The notes beneath the pieces are model-generated. The model saw only the letters and a program-made list of their open reading frames with translations. It had not been told where the DNA came from and ran no database searches. The position numbers were made by a program, and so were the translations under genes. Below, in pieces: positions 56,881 to 64,000 of a DNA stretch of 64,000 bases (within the stretch, counting starts at the first letter, position 1; each line of letters starts with the position of its first letter). Origin of the DNA: an uncultured Planctomycetota bacterium (GTDB lineage: Bacteria > Planctomycetota > Planctomycetia > Isosphaerales > Isosphaeraceae); contig CAWGMQ010000004.1 of the NCBI GenBank assembly GCA_963823665.1, positions 1,760,001 to 1,824,000 of the forward strand, given 5' to 3'.

Positions 56881-58053
56881 GGTCCTTCACAAGACCTCAA
56901 CCCGGTGGCTTCTTCCCCACGATCCGCCGAAACTTGGCGCGGTCGCGAACGGCGACAGCAATCCGACGGCGCTTCTCGCAAAGCGCGGTGCCACCATCAC
57001 ATCCGTAATTTCCACCGCGGCCGATGCTCGGCCCGCGCTGGAACCGGCAGCGGTTGATGCTGTCCTCGAGCGGAATCATCGTCTCCTCTAGAGAACATGT
57101 TCTACGTTTGCGAGACGGTCACTTCCCGCCGCCGAATGACGTGGCGCCGAAATACTGTACGTATGAATCTAAGGAGTTCTACCAGGGGTTTAATTAGGTA
57201 CTAGACCTTGTTCGTAAAAGCCAACATGCGTCCTATCATGTCTAGAGAAGTGCGTGCTAGGTTGCGTAATATCCCCGCATTTACTGTACGCACGCTACAA
57301 GAGTGCGGAGGGTTGTTGTGCGGCACTAGACGCCAGATCTCGCGATTCGCTCAGAGCGGAAAGAACATGGTCCATTCCTATTTCGGCGGAGTGTGTGCTT
57401 GCACGCAATGCTCGCGCAGCATCGACGGCGTGCTGCCGACTCGGTCTCTATGCAGCCTGCGTGCGGATCGGGGAGCCTGTAATCCAAGGGAGTCTGGACG
57501 GGCCACGACCCTGAGCAAGCCGGCCCTCGTCGACGACGGCCACAACATGCATGCATGTAATCATACAAAGAATTTTATTTCCGATATGAGTCACCAACTG
57601 ATGGATGCCAAGTATCTAATTATGGCAAACACGCAAGCACCCGTCGAGATCTGGAACTGTGACGGGCGAGCGGCAGTGTTCGCACTCAATTAATCAACGA
57701 GGATGATGGGGAATCCATCCGGACGCAACGAAATCAATGATTGATTTTCTCATGATCAAGGATCTGGCGCGTCGCAGGCCCGCCGCCTGAACCAAACAGG
57801 CTGTCGTACACTCAATAAAAGGGTTTACTCAGCCTGCGCGATCTTCTGACCGTTGCCGTTCGGAATGCGCACCGCTAGAGCCGCGCCCTGGCTTTGCCCC
57901 GGGCACGGTCCTCCAGAAAACTCTTGCCGAACGTTCTCGCACGAGCGTTTCCCACCGCGATTGTCCATCCCTGCTCCCTTGTGACCGCGAAGAGGCTTCG
58001 CTCTCCGCGTCTGCCGCGGTCCGCGCTCACGGATTACTACGGAGTACGATGCC

Positions 58054-58218
58054 ATGATCGTCGTCACCTTATCTGCCGAGCTGCTGGGCCACCTGCGCGG
58101 CCTCGCCACGTCGCTCGAAGTCCCCTTCGAGTGGCTGGTCGCCGGAATCGTCTGCGACACGATCGAAACGACACCCCAGAAGAGCCCGGCGTCGCCGCGT
58201 CGCCTGCGGGCGAGGTAG
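58054..58218 (+). CDS. Small hypothetical protein (54 aa), below the ORF-track cutoff
   Basis: GGAG upstream of [41 protein letters not shown]..., TAG at 58216-58218. Confidence 0.55.
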   Translation: MIVVTLSAELLGHLRGLATSLEVPFEWLVAGIVCDTIETTPQKSPASPRRLRAR

Positions 58219-58291
58219 AAGCGCATTCTGCTCTCATCGTACGTCGAACACAGGATCGAACAGGTTCACATGCATTTTCTTGGAGGTCATC

Positions 58292-58624
58292 ATGCAAGCT
58301 GCACAACGCATCGCTGCCGGTACCGCCCTTCCCCAGTTGCCGCCATCAGCCACGAACGATCGCGAAGCCGATCGTCCCTGGACCAGCCCCGCGCGAGTCG
58401 CCCAGTCGATCCGGGCGACCACCGCGCGGAACCAGAGCGGTCGTCGACGGCTCATCGACCCGACCACTTGCGATCGCGATTATTCCGCTGCGGAGATGGA
58501 ATTCATGCAGGCGATTCAGACTTACAAGCAGAACAGCGGCCGGATGTTTCCCACGTGGAGCGAGGTCCTGGAAGTTCTGCGCGGGCTCGGCTACCAGAAA
58601 GATGTCACCACCGAGGTCGCGTGA
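58292..58624 (+). CDS. Planctomycete-type hypothetical protein
   Basis: [22 protein letters not shown]...EFMQA...[16 protein letters not shown] motif. Confidence 0.8.
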   Translation: MQAAQRIAAGTALPQLPPSATNDREADRPWTSPARVAQSIRATTARNQSGRRRLIDPTTCDRDYSAAEMEFMQAIQTYKQNSGRMFPTWSEVLEVLRGLGYQKDVTTEVA

Positions 58625-58724
58625 AGTTGACATTACTCGCGCGGCCTCCGACAATACCCAAAAGACGTGAGGCTCTCTGCCGGGAAGCGACCTTCACTCG
58701 AAGAAGAACGGGAGTCGTTGCGGA

Positions 58725-58983
58725 ATGCCGCTCTACGAATATCATTGCCAACCGTGCGAGCTGACCTTCGAGAACCCTGATCCGCACACCCAGCGACCAA
58801 CCATCTTGCCCGCGCTGCAGCTCGAGCGATGTGACCAAGCAGCTCAGCGTGCCCGCCATGGCCCACACGAGTTCGGGCCGCGCCGGTGCGTTGCCCATAA
58901 GTTCGGGACCAAGCGGTGGCTCGCCGTCGTTTGGATGCGGCCGGCCCCAGTGCGGCGGGGGCGTTTGTGCCGGACTGGATTAG
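58725..58983 (+). CDS. FmdB-family zinc-ribbon protein; apparent 1-nt insertion near 58772
   Basis: MPLYEYHCQPC..FE then shifted frame ..CPRCSS..KQLS...GCGRPQCGGGVC to TAG 58983. Confidence 0.8.
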
Positions 58984-59041
58984 CGGGCACGGCTCTCAGG
59001 AACGGGCCGGGAATAACTTCACGCAAGGCCGCCTTTCCCGA

Positions 59042-59100
59042 GTAGTAGGCACACTCCGTGTGCCGTAACTGGTGAACGGCACACGGAGTGTGCCTACTAC
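59042..59100. repeat. REP-like doublet (REPIN): perfect 25-bp inverted repeat with 9-nt loop
   Basis: GTAGTAGGCACACTCCGTGTGCCGT-AACTGGTGA-ACGGCACACGGAGTGTGCCTACTAC; each arm has a GTAG end and an internal GGCACAC/GTGTGCC palindrome; lies between convergent genes. Confidence 0.85.
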
Positions 59101-59149
59101 GGAGACTCGACCGCGATGTCAAACCGGGAAGGTATTCCCGGCCTGTTCT

Positions 59150-59803
59150 TTACTCATCCGCCTCGATCAAGTGGTTGCGGATGGCGTAGCGCACAAGGTG
59201 CGCGACATCGTGGATGTCGAGCCGTTCCATCAATTGAGAGCGGTGCACATCCACTGTCTTGGCGCTGATCGACAGCCGCTTGGCAATGGCCTTCGTCGGC
59301 AATCCCTCGGCGATGAGCTGCAGCACCTCTCGCTGGCGCGGTGTCAGCGACACGACCGACTGTTCCTCCGCCTGCGCCAGCCGGGTGTACTCCGCAACCA
59401 GATGGGCGGAAACGGCCGGACTCAAATAGCTCTCGCCGCGGAAAACCGCGCGCACGGCCGCCTCGCATTCCCCCGCGCCGGCGTCCTTGAGCAGATACCC
59501 CTTGGCGCCGGAGGCCAGCGCTTTCGTCGCGTACTCTTTCTGTTTGTGAATCGACAGGATGAGCACCTTTGTGTCGGGAAACTCGAGCACGACGCGCCTG
59601 GTGAGCTCGAAGCCGGTGATCCCCGGCATCTCGATGTCGGTCACCAGCACATCGGGCCGGTGCGCCGCGACCAGCTCAATTGCTCTCTCCCCGTCAGCCG
59701 CCTCGGCGACGACCTCGATGTCGCCGGCTTCCTCGAGCCACGCTCGCACGCCCCGGCGCACGAGCGCATGGTCGTCAGCGAGGACCACCCGGATTGTGCT
59801 CAC
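59150..59803 (-). CDS. NarL/FixJ family response regulator
   Basis: LADDH, TDIEMP, GYLLK, LTPRQREVL...KTVDVHR LuxR HTH; GGAGG before GTG 59803. Confidence 0.92.
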   Translation of the reverse strand: MSTIRVVLADDHALVRRGVRAWLEEAGDIEVVAEAADGERAIELVAAHRPDVLVTDIEMPGITGFELTRRVVLEFPDTKVLILSIHKQKEYATKALASGAKGYLLKDAGAGECEAAVRAVFRGESYLSPAVSAHLVAEYTRLAQAEEQSVVSLTPRQREVLQLIAEGLPTKAIAKRLSISAKTVDVHRSQLMERLDIHDVAHLVRYAIRNHLIEADE

Positions 59804-59941
59804 CAAGAGCCCTCCAAACCGAAGATAGGGCCCGATTCGAGGCCCTACGGCGAAATGCCGCGCCTTGCGGACGACCGTCAGGACGGACGGCCAGTCGCGG
59901 AACTGGCTCCGTTCCGTCTGGATAGGCACGCTCTCCGTCCG

Positions 59942-60436
59942 TCATGCTGCTGGCACCGAGTATAAACCACGCTCCGTCTGGTTTCTACTTCCCCGGCCGA
60001 ATGCGGACGCTGCCGTCCTTTTGCCGCTCCGCCTCCAAAGCTGGGTTGGGACGAATGGCACGCATCGAAACCAATTGCTCGCCGCGGAAAAAGAAGTCCC
60101 AGCCGAATCATTCCGCACGCGTTCCGTGAGCTCGTTCCATTCGACTTCAATGTGCGGGCCCCTCGCCGAGGAGCAAAAAACCGCGATTTCGTCGATGGGA
60201 ACGACGCGACTGGCTTCGGCTCTCCGCCGCCTGAAACGGTCGAGTGCCCGTCGAACCGCGAGCCAACGAAGGAACGCGGGCCAGCTCAAGATTGTCTCAG
60301 GCGGCGGACGCGCGATGACCTCGGCAAAGACATCCTGCAGACAGTCGAGCGCCTCGGCGTGGTCCCGGAGGATCCGGTACACCGTTCGCCAGACGAGCGG
60401 ACCGTGCTGTTCACGAATCTCTGGCCAATCGTGCAT
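59942..60436 (-). pseudogene. Truncated ECF sigma factor (sigma2 only)
   Basis: HGPLVWRTVYRIL...DCLQDVF...FLRWLAVRRALDRFRRR; similarity ends after ELTERVR and I see no sigma4. Confidence 0.7.
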
Positions 60437-60717
60437 CCCGGCGTTCCCGATTGGAATCGGAGCAAAGTCATCTAATCTACTGACGAAACACCTGCCGTGA
60501 ACATTACGCGCAAAATCTGCGACCTGAGCATTCTGGTCGATTCTCCAGGCGGCTCTCAGCCGCCGCGGTTGGACGGCACATCATGCGGTTCGAGCCGCAG
60601 CGAACCAGCAGACCTGCCCGATCTTTCGCGTCAGCGATTGCCGAGTGTGCGACAGTTGTCATAATGGTCTGAAACGACCCTGCCACCTGTCTGTCTCTAC
60701 GAAAGTCGCGTCCCCAT

Positions 60718-61248
60718 ATGCCGCTTCCATCCGAATCGACCGGGCCCAGGCGGCACTCACTCGCCTGGGCAATGGTTGTGATCGCGGTCATCGCCGCCGA
60801 TCTTGCTGCCGTGCGCCCCGTGCTCCCAATTGGCATATCCCCGCTCATGGTGAACGCGCTGCGTGCGAGCCTGCCGCTTGATTTTCCCAACATCGGCCTC
60901 GGCGTGATGATCCTCCTGCTGGAGGTAGGGCTCTTCAGGCTGGTCTCGAATCGGGGAGCAGGAAGGGCGTTCTGGCTGGGCTTTGAGATCGCGGGTTTGG
61001 CTTATGTGATCGTGTGCATGGTCTTCGCCGGGGCCGCTTGGGGCCTCGCCCGCACATTGTTCGAGAAATACGTGCTCGGGGGTCAGATCAGTTTCCGTTC
61101 CGGGTTGGGCCGATTCGTCCTCTTCGCGTGCGGTTTCCATCTGGCGATCGCACTGACCGTCGCCCTCCTCGCCGGTATTCTTGGATGCTGGGCGTGGCGT
61201 CTCTGGGGTCCAGCGAATCAACGGCGTCCAGTCGCAGGTGTGGCCTGA
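60718..61248 (+). CDS. Hypothetical membrane protein
   Basis: About four hydrophobic helices; SLAWAMVVIAVIA and RAFWLGFEIAG planctomycete-style motifs. Confidence 0.7.
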   Translation: MPLPSESTGPRRHSLAWAMVVIAVIAADLAAVRPVLPIGISPLMVNALRASLPLDFPNIGLGVMILLLEVGLFRLVSNRGAGRAFWLGFEIAGLAYVIVCMVFAGAAWGLARTLFEKYVLGGQISFRSGLGRFVLFACGFHLAIALTVALLAGILGCWAWRLWGPANQRRPVAGVA

Positions 61249-61292
61249 AATTTATCTTGCGCGAGCTGGAACGACTCGCCTTGAGGCATGAA

Positions 61293-62126
61293 ATGCGAAC
61301 TCGGCAAGCCACACTCCGGACCTGGATGGCGATTATCTTCGCCTCTGGTCTGCTTTTCGCCTGGATCCGCTCGCAAGGTTCGTTGCACTATGCACTCATC
61401 GTCGCCGCGAATTCGTACTTTGCGTGGGCTCTGTGTTTCCTCGTCACACGCACTTGCGCCCGACGGTTTGGCCCGATTGTTCGCCACTCATCGGTAAGAG
61501 CGATGCTTTCGATGCTCAGCGCACTGATTATAGCGGCTGCTGTGTACGTGGCGTGGTCCTATTGGCGTGCGACCTACGTAGTAATGGGACTCAACGAACG
61601 CTTGCCCTATCCCGATCCCGCACTCGTCGCGCTCGATCTCTGGTTCGAAGCCCGACACCCTCTGTCTCCGGGGTCGACATCGATTAAACTGTGTGGCGAG
61701 TGGGATCGCGTCAGGTTCGTCTTGGGGCTAGCGTGCATGGCCTTGGCCGCTCTGAGCGGTCTGCTACTCGGTGTCCTTTCGAATCGACTGAAGGCGCAAG
61801 ACATGTCCGTCGCACGCTTGTTCAGTCTCGTCTTGGCGGTTAGCGGGTTAGTTTTGTTGGCGCCGCTGATGCTCATCATCGCGATGGGAATTCGCTTGAG
61901 CTCGCTGGGGCACCCCCTCGTTCGTGCGACCGGACGGCGCGACGATGGTACGCATTTCTCGTTCGTGGAATTTCGAACGAACGCCCCAAATTCCGATCGG
62001 CCGACAGAGTTCTGGCGCTTCGTCCGAAAACATTCTCTCCATCGACTGCCCGCGCTCGTGTCCCTTCTGTTGGGAGAAATCTCGTTGAAGGATTTCTGGC
62101 AAGTCAGTCACGACCCGACCGCTTGA
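61293..62126 (+). CDS. Membrane protein with degenerate bacterial sugar-transferase-like C-terminus
   Basis: MRTRQATLRTWMAII N-terminus; C-terminal LLAPLMLIIAMGIRL...EFRT...RKHSLHRLPALVSLLLGEISL. Confidence 0.6.
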   Translation: MRTRQATLRTWMAIIFASGLLFAWIRSQGSLHYALIVAANSYFAWALCFLVTRTCARRFGPIVRHSSVRAMLSMLSALIIAAAVYVAWSYWRATYVVMGLNERLPYPDPALVALDLWFEARHPLSPGSTSIKLCGEWDRVRFVLGLACMALAALSGLLLGVLSNRLKAQDMSVARLFSLVLAVSGLVLLAPLMLIIAMGIRLSSLGHPLVRATGRRDDGTHFSFVEFRTNAPNSDRPTEFWRFVRKHSLHRLPALVSLLLGEISLKDFWQVSHDPTA

Positions 62127-64000
62127 TCAACCAAACCTCCGAAACCTGACACCCCCGTCCGTTTCCGCCGCGGCCTTTCTCGCAATGCCACGTCAAATCG
62201 AGTGATCCGGAGCCGGTCGCCGCGTGCGGCAAGTCAAACTCCAGCGGCTTCATGTCACGCGGTTTGAGCAGCACGGGATGAACCTCGAGCGACTCACCGG
62301 CGACAAGCCGCACCTTGGCCTGAAACATATCGCCCGTGTACACAATCCGCACCTTATACGAAGCCTCGGGGTCGAGACCCGCGTAGTGCATGCGAAGCGT
62401 CTCGTCGACGAGAGCGCCGGCGTGCCGGCACCACGATCGCCGCCACGCCGGTTCCCAGTCGAAGCCTGTCTGTGGCGCGTGCAGGAACGCGGGATCCTTG
62501 GCATACTCTGATCCCATCACCAGATGCGGACGTCGCAGCGGATTTCCCAGATCGTCGTAGAATCCGCCCGGGCCCGGGTTGGTCCAGTTCACGATCGCGT
62601 CGATTTCTCCTTGCCGCGCCGCTTCGTTTTCGAGCTTGCGGATCGCCACGAATCGCCCGATCAGCCACTCGCGGTTGTTGAGTGCGACATCGAGCGTGTC
62701 CAGCGTCGCGCCGCGGCCCACCGAGATCGCCTTATAGCGGCTCACGCTGAGCTGCATTCGCACGCTTTGAAAAAGCGCCTCGGCCAACGCAAAGATCCTC
62801 GCCCGCAAGTCCGCGGCAACAGGATGCGTCAGCGATCGTTCAAGAATCGCCTCCGCCTCATCCATTGCCGTCAGAGAGCCAATCTCCCGAGCGACTCGCA
62901 AGCGGGCCAATGCCTGTTGCTCGAGATCGGTCTCGTACCCCAGGCGGCTGCGCACGTACGCATCGTAGTAGGCCCGGTAGAGCGCCTGCTGGAATCGCCA
63001 GTTGAGCAAAACGTCGGGCGCGGCGCGGCGTTCCAGATCGCGAAACTGCGCAAGCGTCGTATCGACTGACTCATTGACGAGCAGGGGCCCCCGCCAGTTC
63101 TGTTCGAGAGCGAGCAGCCCCTCGGCGAACCCGTCGACGTCGCCGGTTCCTTCACCCAGGAAGCACCGGCTAAATTGCCGCAAGGTGTCACGGACGTCTG
63201 CGCCCGGATCCCAGCCCAGCGAGCTCCAGACGAACTTGTTCACGTCGTCGTTGCAGCCTTCGGAATAGGTGATGAAGCCAATCGTTTGATCGGCAAACGC
63301 GTGAAAGATCGTCGTCTCGTCGCGCGGGCGAGGGTTGATCACCTCCCGGCCTTCGGTCAGAGAATAGGCGACGTCCCAGTCGGGAACGGCGTATTGACAG
63401 CGCATGCTGTGGGTGATGTCCGGGTAGTCGCGGATCGGGTAGCGCGAAGGAACCGCCTTTCGCAGCTCGGACAGGCTCACGCGAACTTGCGGGCCATAGA
63501 CCACGCCGCTGAGCCACGCGGGCTCTGAGCGCAAGATTACCAGGAACTCATCGAGCCATGCCTGCGAGAAGCTCTGGGGCGAGACCCACAGCTTGGCATT
63601 TGGATGGAATCGTTTGAGGTTGGCTGTCTGCTTCTCCAGGAGGGCCATGAGTGGACCGGGGCGGGTGTGCCCCGGGTCGCCTCCGGGCACGAACACCGCG
63701 TCGATTCGCGGCAGCTTCTGGAAAACCTCTGCCCATTCGGCCAGGGCATGCTCGACGGTCCGGGGATTGCTGTAATCGGCATCCATGGCCGGGTACCAGA
63801 TCCAGACGTCGAGCCCGTAATCGGCGGCGATTTGAGACATCTTCGTCATCATTTCCAGGGGAGGCAGCGGGAAGTGCGGGCTGTCGGCATCGTCGTCGGA
63901 GCGAGGCGGGATCAGCTCGATCGCGTTCGTGCCGAAGATGGCCAGGTCGCGGATGTATCGCTCCCACTGAGCGGCGTCCCACGCGTCGTAGGAATTGGTC
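62104..64000 (-). CDS. Large hypothetical protein (possibly carbohydrate-active); 5' end lies outside the window
   Basis: The open frame continues to the window edge (RDLAIFGTNAIELIPP); VFVPGGDPG, YPDITH, YSEGCNDDVNK motifs. Confidence 0.75.
   Translation of the reverse strand, partial: TNSYDAWDAAQWERYIRDLAIFGTNAIELIPPRSDDDADSPHFPLPPLEMMTKMSQIAADYGLDVWIWYPAMDADYSNPRTVEHALAEWAEVFQKLPRIDAVFVPGGDPGHTRPGPLMALLEKQTANLKRFHPNAKLWVSPQSFSQAWLDEFLVILRSEPAWLSGVVYGPQVRVSLSELRKAVPSRYPIRDYPDITHSMRCQYAVPDWDVAYSLTEGREVINPRPRDETTIFHAFADQTIGFITYSEGCNDDVNKFVWSSLGWDPGADVRDTLRQFSRCFLGEGTGDVDGFAEGLLALEQNWRGPLLVNESVDTTLAQFRDLERRAAPDVLLNWRFQQALYRAYYDAYVRSRLGYETDLEQQALARLRVAREIGSLTAMDEAEAILERSLTHPVAADLRARIFALAEALFQSVRMQLSVSRYKAISVGRGATLDTLDVALNNREWLIGRFVAIRKLENEAARQGEIDAIVNWTNPGPGGFYDDLGNPLRRPHLVMGSEYAKDPAFLHAPQTGFDWEPAWRRSWCRHAGALVDETLRMHYAGLDPEASYKVRIVYTGDMFQAKVRLVAGESLEVHPVLLKPRDMKPLEFDLPHAATGSGSLDLTWHCEKGRGGNGRGCQVSEVWLIKRSGRD

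Noticed and set aside
57208..57693. 161-aa ORF in the AT-richer intergenic region
   Set aside because: TTG start, no clear RBS, atypical composition and no motif.
59101..59112. GGAGACTCGACC shared with 42528-42539, next to both repeat classes
   Set aside because: 12-bp matches are expected by chance in a 64-kb GC-rich window.

Overview
GC-rich bacterial chromosome segment; gene content (lpxC-fabZ fusion, TIGR03067 protein, LEPLE-signal protein, ECF/Ser-Thr-kinase pair) points to a planctomycete, probably Isosphaeraceae-like (inference). The left part (1-21.9 kb) holds housekeeping and signalling genes: a lipid A cluster (skp, lpxC-fabZ, lpxA, Gfo/Idh/MocA), ArsR, dapA, pdxJ, a UvrD/PcrA helicase, an AGE epimerase, a gamma-carbonic anhydrase, an ECF sigma factor and a ZAS-kinase-TPR protein. 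The centre (22.1-47.2 kb, minus strand) is a complete type 2 BREX/Pgl locus (pglW, pglX, pglY, pglZ, brxD, brxHI). Between pglX and pglY it carries an ABC-ATPase + DUF3226/TOPRIM-like pair, an orphan ORF and a Septu-like ATPase + HNH pair. Between pglW and pglX lies the most unusual feature: a GxxExxY PD-(D/E)xK nuclease gene inside an array of inverted-repeat-bounded elements (ACCACGAAT...ATTCGTGGT). The empty elements look like internal deletions of the nuclease cassette itself, suggesting an autonomous/non-autonomous (MITE-like) system. The right part holds nnrE, a LodA/LodB-type CTQ oxidase pair, ada-alkA/ogt, a serine hydrolase, a REP-like doublet, regulators and hypothetical proteins. 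At least eight single-base frameshifts, including in housekeeping genes, suggest long-read indel errors. No tRNA, rRNA, CRISPR, integrase or reverse transcriptase was recognised.
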